Assembly: GCA_045652745.1 (NCBI GenBank)
Contig: JAZRUW010000004.1
Coordinates: 24,277-88,276 of the forward strand
DNA: 64,000 nucleotides
DNA from: Clostridia bacterium
GTDB taxonomy: Bacteria > Bacillota > Clostridia > UBA1381 > UMGS1253
Direction of reading: 5' to 3'
The notes below the pieces were generated by a model that was not told where the DNA came from, did not search any database, and saw only the letters and a list, made by a program, of their open reading frames with translations. This document shows, piece after piece, positions 14,076 through 25,848 of the stretch (position 1 is its first letter; each line of letters opens with the position of its first letter). Made by a program: the position numbers and the translations under genes.

Positions 14076-14762
14076 ATGCAGATGAAAAAGAAAAAACTTT
14101 GCATATGCCTCGCAATAATTGTTTGTACCCTTGCGTTTTTATGTGCCTCCGGCATTTGGATTACAAATCTGGCCGTTACAAAAACGGCGCAAAAATACTT
14201 TTTGACCCAAGCTCAGGCTGCACAGGCGGAAAACTTTGACTGCATTCTGGTTCTGGGTGCCGGCGTATACGCCAACGGCAAGCCGACATGGATGCTGCGT
14301 GACAGAATTAACACAGGTATTGCGTTATACAACGATGGGGCCGCCGAAAAAATCATCATGAGCGGCGATCATGGACGCAAAAATTATGACGAAGTAAATG
14401 CAATGAAGGACTTTGCCATAGCAGCCGGCGTGCCATCCGAACACATTTTTATGGACCATGCCGGTTTTTCCACCTACGAAAGCATGTACCGCGCACGCGA
14501 AATTTTTCAGGCAAACCGCATATTGATTGTCACACAAGAATATCATCTCTACCGCGCCGTCTATCTGGCGCGCGCCCTCGGTTTAGATGCCTGCGGCGTG
14601 GCAACACCGCCGCAAACCTACGGTGGTGAGTTTATGCGTGATGTGCGTGAAATTGCGGCGCGTACCAAAGATTTCTTTACCGCAATTTTTAAACCGCTGC
14701 CTACATTTTTAGGGGAAAGCATACCCGTAAGCGGCAACGGTAATCTGACGAACGACAAATAA
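14076..14762 (+). CDS. SanA/YdcF (DUF218) family membrane-anchored protein
   Basis: ILVLGAGVYANGKPTWMLRDRINTGIALY...IIMSGDHGRKNYDEVNAM is the typical SanA core. N-terminal TM segment. AGGAAAGGAGAG RBS. Confidence 0.85.
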   Translation: MQMKKKKLCICLAIIVCTLAFLCASGIWITNLAVTKTAQKYFLTQAQAAQAENFDCILVLGAGVYANGKPTWMLRDRINTGIALYNDGAAEKIIMSGDHGRKNYDEVNAMKDFAIAAGVPSEHIFMDHAGFSTYESMYRAREIFQANRILIVTQEYHLYRAVYLARALGLDACGVATPPQTYGGEFMRDVREIAARTKDFFTAIFKPLPTFLGESIPVSGNGNLTNDK

Positions 14763-14774
14763 GGAGAAACACAA

Positions 14775-15722
14775 ATGAGAATCAAAATTTTAGATGCTTC
14801 CACTCTGGGCGAAGGCGTAGATTTAACACAATTTGAAACTTTCGGAGATGTAGAAATTTATCAGACCTCCACCGCACAGGAGGCCGCATTGCGCGCTGCC
14901 GATGCAGATGTTCTGATTTTAAACAAGGTGAAAATCAGCGAAGATGTGCTTAAAAATGCGAGCGCACTCAAGCTTGTCTGCGTGGCCGCAACGGGTTACG
15001 ACAACATCGACCTTGTCGCCTGTAAAGCGCGCGGCATCGCCGTTTGCAACGTCAGCGGTTATTCAACGCACTCGGTTGCACAGGTAACGCTCTCGCTCGT
15101 ATTGGCGCTAAGCATTCATTTAAAGGAATACAACCGCTTTGTCACAAGCGGCAATTACTCCGAAAGCGGCGTTGCTAACCGCCTTACGCCCGTCTACCAT
15201 GAGCTTTGCGGCAAGACCTGGGGCATTGTAGGCCTCGGCAACATCGGCAAGCAGGTGGCACGCGTGGCGGAAGCGATGGGGTGCAAGGTGCTTGCGCATA
15301 AGCGCACACCCGAAGACGGCTACGAATGCGTAGATTTACATACCCTTCTTTCACAGTCGGATATTGTTACGCTGCACACACCGCTTAATGAGCAAACCAA
15401 AGGACTTATCGGCAAAGATGAACTGGCGCTTTTAAAGCCAAATGCCATTTTGGTCAATGCGGCGCGTGGTGCCGTGACCGACGAAGCCGCCGTTGCCGAA
15501 GCTATTTCAAACGGCACTCTCGGCGCATTCGCCACAGACGTATATTCCACAGAACCGTTTGGAAAAGACCATCCGTTTTATACCATCAAAGATGCAGACA
15601 ATGTGCTTTTAACGCCGCACATGGCTTGGGGCGCACTTCAGGCGCGTCAGCGTTGTCTTGGTGAAATTCACAAAAACATTGCCGCCTTCCTTGCAGGCGA
15701 AAAGCGCAGCCGTATTGTATAA
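14775..15722 (+). CDS. D-isomer-specific 2-hydroxyacid dehydrogenase (glycerate/hydroxypyruvate reductase-like)
   Basis: NAD fold GIVGLGNIGKQVA, catalytic region LVNAARG...D, and HMAWG. Confidence 0.9.
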   Translation: MRIKILDASTLGEGVDLTQFETFGDVEIYQTSTAQEAALRAADADVLILNKVKISEDVLKNASALKLVCVAATGYDNIDLVACKARGIAVCNVSGYSTHSVAQVTLSLVLALSIHLKEYNRFVTSGNYSESGVANRLTPVYHELCGKTWGIVGLGNIGKQVARVAEAMGCKVLAHKRTPEDGYECVDLHTLLSQSDIVTLHTPLNEQTKGLIGKDELALLKPNAILVNAARGAVTDEAAVAEAISNGTLGAFATDVYSTEPFGKDHPFYTIKDADNVLLTPHMAWGALQARQRCLGEIHKNIAAFLAGEKRSRIV

Positions 15723-15820
15723 TGTCACTTTTTCGCAAGTTATACCACATGCTCAGTTATTTGAAACTGCCGAATATCGAATCGTAGCCGTTGCGAAGAA
15801 AAAATTTAAATCAATACTGT

Positions 15821-16657
15821 TTATTGCTTAAATCCCTCACCCATCACCTGATGTGCATCCATAATGATGATAAAGGCGGTTTGGTCGATTTGTTTTACAC
15901 CGTGCACCAAAACGGGAAGTTGTTTGGGACTGACCGCACACAAAAGCATCAGGCGGTCCTTTTTTGCATACATACCGCGGCTGTGAACTCCCGTTACGCC
16001 GCGGTCTATTTTTTCATGGATGTACCTTGCAATTTCGTCTGTTTTTTCGGACAGAATAAATACAGATTTTGCCATGTCTCCCATCGTCAGAATTACATCC
16101 GCCGTTTTGGCGGCAACTGCAAGTGCCAACATGGAATACAGCATTACCGATACGCTTTCAAATATGAGTCCGCTGACAAACACAACCGCTAAATCCAACA
16201 AAAGCAACAGCATCGGTACAGACATATGCGCAAAGATGCGGTTCAATATCACCGCCGCAAAGTCGCTGCCGCCCGTCGAGCCCTCAAAGCGCACGACTAC
16301 GCCGACACCCACACCGCACAAAAGTCCGCCAAACAGCGCCGCCAGTAAAATATCATCCGTACATGCAGGCAGGTTTTCCGTAAGTGATAAAAATAAGGAC
16401 AAAAACAAGATGCCTGCAACCGTTTTTACAAGCGCCGCTTTGCCTAAATATTTATAGCCGACAATAAACAAGATTGCATTGATGACCAGATTTGTCACCG
16501 AAAGCGGAATATCAATCAGATATAACAAAACGGTACCAATCGAGCCAACACCGCCGACCGACAGACGTAATGGCACTAAAAAAACGTTCAGCCCCAATGC
16601 TAAAATCAACGCGCCGAGCGCAATAAATGTATAATCTGTCAAAGTGCGTTTCAGCAT
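15821..16657 (-). CDS. YitT-family membrane protein (DUF2179 C-terminal domain)
   Basis: YitT-like N-terminus MLKRTLTDYTFIALGALILALGLNVFLVPLRLSVGGVGSIG. The C-terminal soluble domain contains TGVHSRGMY. The start could alternatively be ATG 16690. Confidence 0.85.
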   Translation of the reverse strand: MLKRTLTDYTFIALGALILALGLNVFLVPLRLSVGGVGSIGTVLLYLIDIPLSVTNLVINAILFIVGYKYLGKAALVKTVAGILFLSLFLSLTENLPACTDDILLAALFGGLLCGVGVGVVVRFEGSTGGSDFAAVILNRIFAHMSVPMLLLLLDLAVVFVSGLIFESVSVMLYSMLALAVAAKTADVILTMGDMAKSVFILSEKTDEIARYIHEKIDRGVTGVHSRGMYAKKDRLMLLCAVSPKQLPVLVHGVKQIDQTAFIIIMDAHQVMGEGFKQ

Positions 16658-16710
16658 AAAATCACCCGGCTTATTTTGCGCACATTCCATCTTTCTTATG
16701 CGAGAAACTA

Positions 16711-16747
16711 AAAATACATCCTACGAAATTCGTAGGATGTATTTTTA
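16711..16747. terminator. bidirectional intrinsic terminator
   Basis: ATACATCCTACG / CGTAGGATGTAT stem flanked by AAAA and TTTTT. Confidence 0.65.
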
Positions 16748-16757
16748 ACTTTCATTC

Positions 16758-19541
16758 TTATTGTTCGACTCCTGCACTGTCTGTCAGTAGCTTATCCAGC
16801 TCTGCCATCACTTTTCCGGCATTTTCAAAATCGCCGGCGGCATTGTATTGCTTGTAGGTTGCGTACAACTGTCGCACCTGCTCGAGCACCTCTTCCCCCG
16901 CAATCGGCGGCACTTGCTGCTGATTTTCCTCCGGCAAAAGCACCTCGGTTTGAGTTTGCGGCGGCGTCTGCACTTGAGCCATGCCGCCCTCACCAAAGAG
17001 CTTTGCAAGACACGCCTGCAAAGACACATCCATCACAATGTTTTCCTTGTAGCCGACAATCACACGCTTGAGTTCCGGAAACGATGCTGTGTTGTTGGTG
17101 GTGATATACACCGGCTCAACATACAAAAGCGAGTCTTTGACGGGCACAATAATCATATTGCCGCGCACGACATTGGAGCCACCCTGACCCCACAGCGTCA
17201 TCTGACCGGAAATCTCCGGATCGTTGTCAATGCGGTTTTCCATCTGCATGGTGCCGTAGGCATTCTTTTCTGCATTGATAAACCGGTAGCTTACAAGCTG
17301 ACCGTAACTGTCGCCGTCCGAACCGGCCACAAAATAACTGCTGATATAGTCTTTATTTAAAATCGTAAACGGCATCGTCAGATACAAACTTACACCGTTT
17401 TGCTCCAAACCGTAAAGCTGCATCATATTATAGTACGGCAGAATGTACTGTGCATCCTTATCGCCGGCCTTTTCCTGCGCAATATCCCAGATATCACTGC
17501 TGTTGTAGAATACGTGCGGATCCGTGATATGATATTTTTTATACATCTGTGCCTGCACATTAAACAGATATTCCGGATAACGCACATGTGCGCGAATGTC
17601 CTCCGGCATTGCACCGGCTTCAAACAAAGTCGGATAAATTTTTTGATAGGTCAGCGCAATCGGGTCGGTTGTATCGGTAATATAAAACTGCACCGTACCG
17701 TCATAAGCATCCACAACTACCTTGATAGAGTTTCGGATATAGTTAAATCCCGTCTGATACACCTGCGCGTACGGGAACTGATCCGATACGGTGTAGGCAT
17801 CTAAAATCCACTTGAGTTTTCCGTCCGCGGTAACCACCATATACGGGTTGTCGTCATAGGCAAAAAACGGTGCTACACTGCGCACACGCTCGCGCACATT
17901 GCGGTTGGCTAAAATGCGCGACTGATTGGTCACCTGTCCGGAAATCAGCATCTTATAGTCGCCTTCCAGAAAAGCAAACAACAATCTGTTAAATCCTTTC
18001 AGTTCAATACCGCCCGTGCCGTCATAGGAAAACTCCACATTGGTCTGTCCCTCGGAATAGTCAATTTCTTTGAATTTCGTGTTGACAATCACATGGTTGT
18101 TGGTATACTCACCGTAATAGATACGCGGCTGGGTTACGCTCGGGAAACCTTCTATCGTTTCCTGCGGAATGTCTTTTGCCACAAAATCCGGCTGCCCCTC
18201 CGCCGTTGCACGGTGCATCGGGCTGGCCGCCACACCGTAGCCGTGCGTATATTTGTAGGTTCTATTCACATAACTGTCATTTGCATCCGTGGCCAGTTTT
18301 TCATAATCCAGTTCGCGCGCACCGATGGCAACTGTTGTCTTTTTGCCGCCGAGGTTATAGGCCGACACATCCGTATTTTTAAATGTGTAATACGGTTTAA
18401 TGCCCTGTAGTTTGTTAAACGCCGTCACCGTCGAATTATAGTCGAGCACACGGATATTCTCAATAGTTTCTTTGTTTGCATCCAAATCGCTTTGCGTGAG
18501 CGTATTGTTAATCGGAAGCGCAATCTCTTTGATTTTATCCAAACCATAGGCGCTGCGCGTCATCAAAATATTGTTGCAGATGTTGTCCGCCTCAATGGCA
18601 ATATCGTTGGGCGCAACCACAAGGGTTTGTACGCCGAGCGAAATCACCGCCGTCAAAATCCACGCTGCCGGAAACAGCAAAACACCGCCGATAGCGCCCT
18701 TGATTTTACCGCGCACCAGCATAAGCACCGTTACGGCAACCGAAAGCAAAAGCACAATCGGCGCACACTTAAAGTATGCCTGCCAAACATAGGTGTCCGT
18801 ATAGCCCGCGCCGTTTAGGTTGTTGCCAAACGTGCCGTAGAGCAGATTTTCCGAATTAAACTTAAACGTAAGAGCAATGCAAAGGAAAATCAGAAAAATA
18901 TCTACAAAACAATGCACAAGCACCGGACGGCTCTTGAATATATCTCCAAAACTGTCTACGCCCATGCGCGCATATAAAATGCAGTATGCAATGACCGTAT
19001 AAACCGCTTGAATAATCAAAACCACTTTGGCGCTGTCCACTACTGACATAATAAACGGCCGTTGGAACATATAATAACCGATATCTTGCCCCAAAAGCGG
19101 GTCTGTCAGGCCAAAACTCGTTGCATTGGCAAATTCCAGAAAACGTGTGTAAACACTTTCGCTGATAAAGCGGCTGGCAATAAATGCAATCACCGCCGTC
19201 ACCAAAAGCATCGGCAGCAGGCCCGAAATCACCTTTAAATCGTTATGCTCCCGCCACGCAATCTTTCGAATCACAAGGTTGTTGACCGTAAAGAGCGCAA
19301 ACACAACCAAAAAACTTGCCACCTGTGCAATAATGCTCGTGCGCAAGTTGGTCCAGTACACCTCGGTAAACTGTGCCCCGACCTCGTAAATGCGGATATA
19401 ACGTACATACATCGCCAAAGCCGTAGCCGCAAACACGACAAGCAAACCGAGCACAACCCAAAGCGCCAAAAAGCGCTTTGCTTTCGGATGCACAGTATTC
19501 ACCGTCTTCGCATTTTGAAAATCCTTCTCATTAAAAGCCAC
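16758..19541 (-). CDS. UPF0182-family large membrane protein
   Basis: 927 aa, with about 7 N-terminal TM segments plus a large soluble region. Size and organisation match UPF0182. GTG start. Confidence 0.8.
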   Translation of the reverse strand: MAFNEKDFQNAKTVNTVHPKAKRFLALWVVLGLLVVFAATALAMYVRYIRIYEVGAQFTEVYWTNLRTSIIAQVASFLVVFALFTVNNLVIRKIAWREHNDLKVISGLLPMLLVTAVIAFIASRFISESVYTRFLEFANATSFGLTDPLLGQDIGYYMFQRPFIMSVVDSAKVVLIIQAVYTVIAYCILYARMGVDSFGDIFKSRPVLVHCFVDIFLIFLCIALTFKFNSENLLYGTFGNNLNGAGYTDTYVWQAYFKCAPIVLLLSVAVTVLMLVRGKIKGAIGGVLLFPAAWILTAVISLGVQTLVVAPNDIAIEADNICNNILMTRSAYGLDKIKEIALPINNTLTQSDLDANKETIENIRVLDYNSTVTAFNKLQGIKPYYTFKNTDVSAYNLGGKKTTVAIGARELDYEKLATDANDSYVNRTYKYTHGYGVAASPMHRATAEGQPDFVAKDIPQETIEGFPSVTQPRIYYGEYTNNHVIVNTKFKEIDYSEGQTNVEFSYDGTGGIELKGFNRLLFAFLEGDYKMLISGQVTNQSRILANRNVRERVRSVAPFFAYDDNPYMVVTADGKLKWILDAYTVSDQFPYAQVYQTGFNYIRNSIKVVVDAYDGTVQFYITDTTDPIALTYQKIYPTLFEAGAMPEDIRAHVRYPEYLFNVQAQMYKKYHITDPHVFYNSSDIWDIAQEKAGDKDAQYILPYYNMMQLYGLEQNGVSLYLTMPFTILNKDYISSYFVAGSDGDSYGQLVSYRFINAEKNAYGTMQMENRIDNDPEISGQMTLWGQGGSNVVRGNMIIVPVKDSLLYVEPVYITTNNTASFPELKRVIVGYKENIVMDVSLQACLAKLFGEGGMAQVQTPPQTQTEVLLPEENQQQVPPIAGEEVLEQVRQLYATYKQYNAAGDFENAGKVMAELDKLLTDSAGVEQ

Positions 19542-19559
19542 AGTTTCACGTCCTTTCGG

Positions 19560-20468
19560 TTAATCCATCAATGCTTTTGCAAAATCCGCCGCATCAAACG
19601 GCTGCAAGTCGTTTACGCCTTCTCCCACGCCGACAAACCGTACCGGTATGCTCTGCTCGCGGCAAATGCCGATGACAACGCCGCCCTTTGCCGTACCGTC
19701 CAGCTTGGTTAAAATGATGCCGTCAATGCCGGCACTTTCCGAGAAAAGCTTCGCCTGGCTGATGGCATTTTGTCCCGTGGTCGCATCCAAAACCAGCAGA
19801 ACCTGCTTTTGAAAATTCGGCGCTTCGCGGTCAATGATGCGCGAAATTTTGCCGAGTTCATCCATTAAGTTCTTCTTATTGTGCAATCGGCCTGCGGTGT
19901 CACATATCAAAAGGTCACAGCCTCTCGCCTTTGCCGCCGCAAGCGCATCAAACACCACGGCGCCGGGGTCTGCCCCTTCTGCATGCTTGATAATTTCACA
20001 GTTCGTGCGCTGCGCCCATATGTCAAGCTGGTCAATTGCCGCCGCGCGGAACGTATCCGCCGCCGCAAGCATCACCTTTTTGCCCTCGCTTTTAAAATGC
20101 GATGCCAATTTGCCGATGCTCGTGGTTTTGCCCACGCCGTTGACACCGATGATAAGCAGTACCGCCGGCTTACCCGGCTCCAAAAACGGCGTTTGTGTTT
20201 CCGTAAGCATCTCGGCAATCACCTCGCCGAGCATCGTGCGCACCTCTTCCGGATTCTCCACACGACCGCGCTTTACGCGTTCGCGCAGATTTTCAATAAT
20301 TTCCATGGACGTTTCAAAACCAACGTCCGCCGTAATCAGCGCCTCTTCCAGTTCCTCAAACAAATCCTCATCTACGCGCGTAAATGCGGAAAAGATTGTG
20401 TTGACCTTTTCGGAAAAGGCATCTCTTGTCTTTGTAAGTCCGCTTTTCAGTTTATCAAAAAATCCCAT
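19560..20468 (-). CDS. ftsY: signal recognition particle receptor FtsY
   Basis: SRP GTPase motifs [14 protein letters not shown] and [10 protein letters not shown]. Confidence 0.95.
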   Translation of the reverse strand: MGFFDKLKSGLTKTRDAFSEKVNTIFSAFTRVDEDLFEELEEALITADVGFETSMEIIENLRERVKRGRVENPEEVRTMLGEVIAEMLTETQTPFLEPGKPAVLLIIGVNGVGKTTSIGKLASHFKSEGKKVMLAAADTFRAAAIDQLDIWAQRTNCEIIKHAEGADPGAVVFDALAAAKARGCDLLICDTAGRLHNKKNLMDELGKISRIIDREAPNFQKQVLLVLDATTGQNAISQAKLFSESAGIDGIILTKLDGTAKGGVVIGICREQSIPVRFVGVGEGVNDLQPFDAADFAKALMD

Positions 20469-20480
20469 GTTTCTTCATTC

Positions 20481-23400
20481 CTATTCTAAATTCTGTGCCT
20501 CGTCCAAGCGGAGTGCCAACAATTTGGACACGCCCTTTTCCTGCATGGTTACACCATAGAGCAAATCTGCCGCTTCCATCGTACCGCGACGGTGCGTAAC
20601 CAAAATAAACTGTGTCTTTTTGCTGTAATCACGCACATAGTCTGCAAAACGGTATACGTTTGATTCATCGAGTGCCGCCTCGATTTCGTCGAGTACGCAA
20701 AACGGTGTCGGGCGTACTTTTAAAATGGCAAACAACAGCGCAATCGCCGTAAACGCCATCTCGCCGCCCGAAAGCAGACTGAGGTTTTGCAGTTTCTTGC
20801 CCGGCGGCTGTGCTTCAATTTCGATGCCGCTTTCAAGCACGTTATCCGGGTCTACCAGTTTCAGCTCCGCACGGCCGCCGCCGAACAGCGCCGTAAACGT
20901 TTCCGAAAAATGCCGGTTGATGACCGCAAACTGCTCCTTAAACTGCTCCTTCATCTTCTCTTGAATAGAGGCAATCAATTTTTCCAAGTCCGCTTTGGCT
21001 TCGGTAAGGTCCGTAAGCTGACCCGACAAAAAGTCGAATCTTTCCTTAACTGCCTTATATTCTTCGATGGCATCGACATTGACATTGCCGAGCGCACGAA
21101 TCTGACCGCGCAGGGAAGCAAGTTCCTTTTGCGCCTCCGTCACCGTGCCGATTTCCGTTTTATACTCCAGCGCAGCGGTATACGTCAGTTCGTATTCCTC
21201 CCAAATACGCTCGGAAAGGCTTTCAAGTTCCTCGGAAATCTTTATGCGACGGCTGTTGATTCTGTTTTGCTCTTCACGCAGGGCAAAAATCTTTTCACGC
21301 GCTTCCTTGCTGTCTTCCATCAGCTGCGCCGCAGCGGCCTTTGCCGCCGCACGCGCCTTGTTGGCCGTATCAATGTCTGCATAAATCTGCTCGGACTTCT
21401 TTTTCGTTTCTTCCACAAGCGCTTGTTTTTGCTCAATTTCACCAAGCATTTCTACAGCCGCATCGTCGTTTGCACGGATATCCGCCTCGCGGCTTTCGAT
21501 GTCGCGTGCAACCTCGCCGATTTGTACCAACACATCCGCCGCACGCTGTCTGAGTGCAAATGCGTCACGGCTGATGCCCGTAATTTCAATTTGTTTATCA
21601 GCCACAGCCTCTCCTGCGCGCACACGCGCCGCCTCACAATCCGCAAGGCTTGCCTCCAATTCGGCAATGGTTTTATTAGCTGCTTCTACCGCAAACTCAT
21701 TGGTTGTAATCTCGTTAATCACCACAGCAATGCTGTCGTTGGTCTGCTTCACCTGAAGCTCGATTTGTTCCTTTTCAAGTTCTGCCGCCGCAACCGCATT
21801 TTCGCCGGCATCCAGTTCCTGCGCCGCATAACCTGCATCCGCCGTCAGGCGAACGCTTTCCTGTCGTGCAAGATTTAAATTCTGTGCCTTAGCCGTTTTG
21901 CTTTCCTCCAAGGCACCAATCTTTTCTTTAACGGCCAGCATCTTTTCATCCGCCGCATCCACTTTCTTTTGCAGTTCGGCAGTTTCCTGTTCCAAAGCCT
22001 TAATTTCACCTGCGCGGCTCAAAAGACCGGTATGTTTATTTACGCTACCGCCGGTAATCGCACCGCCGGCATTGAGCACTTCGCCCTCCAGCGTAACCAC
22101 ACGGAAACGGTAACCGAATTTACGGCTGATGGCAATCGCATTGTCCATCGTATCTACCACAACGGTTTTGCCGAGCAGGTGAGAAATAATCTGTGTATAA
22201 CGCGCATCGGTTGTGACCAAGGCATCCGCCATCGCTACAAAACCGCGCATGGATTTTACTTCTTTTTCTTCCTCGAGCCGCATTCCCTTCACCGAGGACA
22301 CCGGCAAAAACGTTACTCTGCCGAGTTTGTTTTGCTTCAAATAAGCAATCGCCGCTTTGGCATCTTCTTCGGTTTCCACAACGATATTTTGCGCGGCCGC
22401 ACCCAGTACGGTTTCAATCGCAACCACCGCTTTTTTCTCTACCTCAATTAAAGCGGAAAGTGCACCGTGCAGCGTTGCCTGCTTTAATTCACCGCGGCTA
22501 TGCGCTTCCAGCACACCCTTGACGCTGCGGCTAAAACCTTCAAAATCCTTCTCCATTTCGCGAAGCATCGAAAGTCGGGATGCCTTTTTGCCAAGCGCCT
22601 CCGCTGCTTCTATGCGCGCAAGCTCTGCTGCCGCATATTCGCCGTCACGAATCAGAATATCTCTCTCCAAATCGGCAATTTCCTTTTCCATTGCCGCAAT
22701 TTCGTCTTGCTTTTTGTGCAAAAGCGTCTCCGCCTGCGTCTTCTTATCCCGAAGCGCCGCAATCGTCTGCTCGCCGACGGACTGCGTCTGCGAAAGCGCC
22801 TCCATACGCTCCGCAAACCCCGTCTTAAATGCCTCATAAGAACTCAATTTTGCCTTAAGTTCGGCAATCGCATTTAACTTTTCAATAATATCACTCTTGG
22901 CATCGTTGATGGAGCGCACATGCGCTTCATACTGCTCTGCCGCCGCCACGCTTGCCTGCTCTAAAGCAGCAAGTTCTTTTTTCTTTGCATCCATCTGGTC
23001 TTCAAGCGCACGACGGTCACCTTCAATGCCGCTGTGCGTTTCCTGCGCCGTCTGCAAACGTGCCTTTAAATTCTGCACATCCGCCGCGCTTCTGCCCGAA
23101 GCCGTTTTGCCCGATTCAATCTTCTGACGCAGAACTTCAATTTCACCTTGGTATTCACGGATAACAACCTCGGTATCCGTGCTTTGTGTATGCAGCTGCA
23201 AGGCGAGCTGCTCCTGTGCATCCGCCTTTGCATTTTCTTCTTCAATTTTTTTCTCGGTTTCCGAATAAGCGCTCTGCGCCTGCGTGAGCTGTTCGGTCAC
23301 AATGATAAAGTTTTTGTCCGTCTCGTCGCCGTCCTTTTTAAGGCGGTCCGTCGAGCGAATAAACAAGTTTAAGTCAATTTTCTTAAGCGACTCGCGCAAA

Positions 23401-24050
23401 TTCAGATATTTTTTCGCCTTTTCGCTCTGCTTAAACAACGGCTCTACCTGCGTTTCCAATTCCGTAACAATATCACGGATACGCACAAGATTTTCCTCGG
23501 TATGCCCCAATTTGCGCTGTGCCTCTTCCTTGCGGTGACGGAATTTCGAAATACCGGAGGCCTCGTCTAAAATGTTTCTGCGCTCCTCGTTTTTGCCCGA
23601 CACAATCTCGCTGACCTTGCCCTGCCCGATGATGGAATAACCGTCACGACCGAGACCGGTATCCATAAACAGTTCGTGAATGTCTTTTAACCGGCATTGC
23701 GCACCGTTAATATAGTATTCGCTTTCTCCGGAGCGGTATACGCGTCTGGAAACGCAAACCTCGTCAAAATCCACATGAAACGCGCGACTTGCGTTATCCA
23801 GCGTCAGGCTCACTTGCGCATAACCGAGCGGTTTGCGCTTTTCTGTGCCGTTAAAGATGACGTCCTGCATATTGCCGCCGCGCAATGCTTTCGCGCTCAT
23901 TTCACCCATAACCCATCGAATCGCATCGGAAATATTACTTTTGCCGCTGCCATTCGGGCCGACAACGCCCGTTACGCCCGGCTCAAAGTTTAAAATTGTC
24001 TTGTCCGCGAAGGACTTAAACCCCACAAGTTCTATGCTTTTTAAATACAA
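20481..24050 (-). CDS. smc: chromosome segregation protein SMC
   Basis: 1189 aa. Walker [10 protein letters not shown], long coiled coils, hinge, signature LSGGE, and Walker [16 protein letters not shown] start after AAGGGGAG. Confidence 0.95.
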   Translation of the reverse strand: MYLKSIELVGFKSFADKTILNFEPGVTGVVGPNGSGKSNISDAIRWVMGEMSAKALRGGNMQDVIFNGTEKRKPLGYAQVSLTLDNASRAFHVDFDEVCVSRRVYRSGESEYYINGAQCRLKDIHELFMDTGLGRDGYSIIGQGKVSEIVSGKNEERRNILDEASGISKFRHRKEEAQRKLGHTEENLVRIRDIVTELETQVEPLFKQSEKAKKYLNLRESLKKIDLNLFIRSTDRLKKDGDETDKNFIIVTEQLTQAQSAYSETEKKIEEENAKADAQEQLALQLHTQSTDTEVVIREYQGEIEVLRQKIESGKTASGRSAADVQNLKARLQTAQETHSGIEGDRRALEDQMDAKKKELAALEQASVAAAEQYEAHVRSINDAKSDIIEKLNAIAELKAKLSSYEAFKTGFAERMEALSQTQSVGEQTIAALRDKKTQAETLLHKKQDEIAAMEKEIADLERDILIRDGEYAAAELARIEAAEALGKKASRLSMLREMEKDFEGFSRSVKGVLEAHSRGELKQATLHGALSALIEVEKKAVVAIETVLGAAAQNIVVETEEDAKAAIAYLKQNKLGRVTFLPVSSVKGMRLEEEKEVKSMRGFVAMADALVTTDARYTQIISHLLGKTVVVDTMDNAIAISRKFGYRFRVVTLEGEVLNAGGAITGGSVNKHTGLLSRAGEIKALEQETAELQKKVDAADEKMLAVKEKIGALEESKTAKAQNLNLARQESVRLTADAGYAAQELDAGENAVAAAELEKEQIELQVKQTNDSIAVVINEITTNEFAVEAANKTIAELEASLADCEAARVRAGEAVADKQIEITGISRDAFALRQRAADVLVQIGEVARDIESREADIRANDDAAVEMLGEIEQKQALVEETKKKSEQIYADIDTANKARAAAKAAAAQLMEDSKEAREKIFALREEQNRINSRRIKISEELESLSERIWEEYELTYTAALEYKTEIGTVTEAQKELASLRGQIRALGNVNVDAIEEYKAVKERFDFLSGQLTDLTEAKADLEKLIASIQEKMKEQFKEQFAVINRHFSETFTALFGGGRAELKLVDPDNVLESGIEIEAQPPGKKLQNLSLLSGGEMAFTAIALLFAILKVRPTPFCVLDEIEAALDESNVYRFADYVRDYSKKTQFILVTHRRGTMEAADLLYGVTMQEKGVSKLLALRLDEAQNLE

Positions 24051-24070
24051 AGCCGTTCTCCCCTTACCAA

Positions 24071-24107
24071 TAAAAAATGGTAGATTATCCTAAGGATATT
24101 CTACCAT
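24071..24107 (-). terminator. intrinsic terminator-like hairpin between the radical SAM gene and smc
   Basis: Minus strand: ATGGTAGAaTATCC-tta-GGATAaTCTACCAT followed by TTTTTTA. It overlaps the upstream stop codon. Confidence 0.5.
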
Positions 24108-25105
24108 AAAATCTCGCCGGATTCAACTGTTTCATTCTCTTTTATATGAATGTTTACACCTTGTTCACCGAAAATGCGTATTTTATTTTCCTTTTTGTTG
24201 CCGAGCGCCTTGGACACCTCACCCGGATGCACATAAAAAGTGACATCTCCACCATTTTTCCCCGCAAGCGCTTTTTGCATTTTCCACAAATACAGCCTCG
24301 AAAAAACCAGCTCGCCGAATGCCGGATGTATGATACCTGCCACCGCACTTTCCGACAGCGAATCCGAAGCCATCAAACCCATGCGAAGCACACGCACCCC
24401 GTTTTGTCTGAAAACCGAATAGGCCTGCGCCGCACGGTTCACGGCATCCTCCAAGTCCAGCGGTCTGTACGCACCGCCGGTATACCAGTCAAAAAGCATA
24501 CTGCCATGCAATACAACCGTCGGATAAATCCGTGTCGTATCCGGTTTGAGCGCCGCCAAATCCCGCGCCGTCTGCAAATCCGTCCATGCATCCGCACCGG
24601 GCAAACCCAGCATCATCTGTAACCCCACTTCAAAGCCGGCATTACGAAGCATCGCCGCCGCTGCGCGCACATGCGCAAAAGTATGTCCGCGCTTATTTTT
24701 CAAAAGCACTGCATCGGAAGAAGACTGCGCTCCAAGCTCCACGCTGGTTACGCCGTAGCGCAAAAGGCGCGCTATCACCTCTGCATCTATGCAGTCCGGC
24801 CGCGTAGATAAACGGATGCCGTCGATCTGCCCTGCCGCTAAAAACGGTGCCGCCGCGCCGAGCAGTTCTTCTTGCACACATGCCTCTATCGCCGTAAAGC
24901 TGCCGCCGAAAAATGCAACCTCTACCTGCGTATTTTCCCTGTCGATACTTCCAAGCGCCGCCGTAATACTTTCATGCACCGTCTGCGCCGTAACGCATTG
25001 CGCCGCACCCGTAATTGCCTTTTGATTACAAAAGCTGCATTGGTGCGGACACCCCTGATGCGGCACAAAAATCGGAATATTTACTTTTCTTTTGCCCTTA
25101 CTCAT
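24101..25105 (-). CDS. radical SAM protein (ELP3-like family)
   Basis: IFVPHQGCPHQCSFCNQ carries the CxxxCxxC cluster motif. It occupies the rnc-smc position seen in Clostridia. Confidence 0.85.
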   Translation of the reverse strand: MSKGKRKVNIPIFVPHQGCPHQCSFCNQKAITGAAQCVTAQTVHESITAALGSIDRENTQVEVAFFGGSFTAIEACVQEELLGAAAPFLAAGQIDGIRLSTRPDCIDAEVIARLLRYGVTSVELGAQSSSDAVLLKNKRGHTFAHVRAAAAMLRNAGFEVGLQMMLGLPGADAWTDLQTARDLAALKPDTTRIYPTVVLHGSMLFDWYTGGAYRPLDLEDAVNRAAQAYSVFRQNGVRVLRMGLMASDSLSESAVAGIIHPAFGELVFSRLYLWKMQKALAGKNGGDVTFYVHPGEVSKALGNKKENKIRIFGEQGVNIHIKENETVESGEILW

Positions 25106-25790
25106 ACAGCTTCAATGCCGCCGCGGCCGCCGCCTGCTCGGCATCTTTTTTGCTTGTGCCCTTGCCCTCGGCCATACAGCGGTCATCTACACACACCTGC
25201 ACCGTAAAGACTTTTGCGTGGTCCGGCCCCTGTTCATCTACCAAGCGATAGGTCACGCGACCGCGCTTGCCCTTTTGCGTAGTTTCCTGCAAAAGCGTTT
25301 TAAAATCTTTTCCGGCCCTACCTTCACTTGCCAAAGTCAGCATCGGCTCCAGTCTGGCCTTTGCCCATGCAAATGCCGTTTCCATTCCGCCATCTAAATA
25401 AATCGCCGCAACCACAGCCTCAAAACAGTCTGCCAGCACCGAAGCACGCTCGCGGCCGCCGCTCGCCTTCTCACCGCGGCCGAGCAAAATATAATCACCA
25501 AAGTGCATCTCACTTGCCAGCTTGGCAAAAGATGCCTCACAAACCACGCGGGCACGTGTTTTGGTCAGCACGCCCTCCATGCTGTCCGGCATTTTACGAA
25601 ACAGGCAATCGCTTGCCACCATATCCGCAATGGCATCGCCCAAAAACTCCAGTCGCTCGTTACAGCGAGTTTTATCAAGTCCCTGCTCATTGGCATACGA
25701 CGAATGCGTCAGCGCCAACACAAGCAAGCTTTCGTCTTTAAAGGTATAGCCGATTTCTTTTTCACAAGCCGCAATCTTTGCTCTATCCAT
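25098..25790 (-). CDS. rnc: ribonuclease III
   Basis: Signature NERLEFLGDA and a C-terminal dsRBD (GPDHAKVFTV...GKGTSKKDAEQAAA). GGAGGA RBS precedes ATG 25788-25790. Confidence 0.93.
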   Translation of the reverse strand: MDRAKIAACEKEIGYTFKDESLLVLALTHSSYANEQGLDKTRCNERLEFLGDAIADMVASDCLFRKMPDSMEGVLTKTRARVVCEASFAKLASEMHFGDYILLGRGEKASGGRERASVLADCFEAVVAAIYLDGGMETAFAWAKARLEPMLTLASEGRAGKDFKTLLQETTQKGKRGRVTYRLVDEQGPDHAKVFTVQVCVDDRCMAEGKGTSKKDAEQAAAAAALKLYE

Positions 25791-25848
25791 TTTTTCTATC
25801 CTCCGCAAAGTAAAAAAGCAAAGGATTTTCCTTTGCTTTCAAACCAAC

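Noticed and set aside
20787-21878. 363-aa + strand ORF, and several 70-240-aa ORFs between 19.8 and 24.1 kb
   Set aside because: They are antisense to smc and ftsY. Their repetitive Leu/Arg/Phe composition mirrors the coiled-coil codons of smc. They are not coding.
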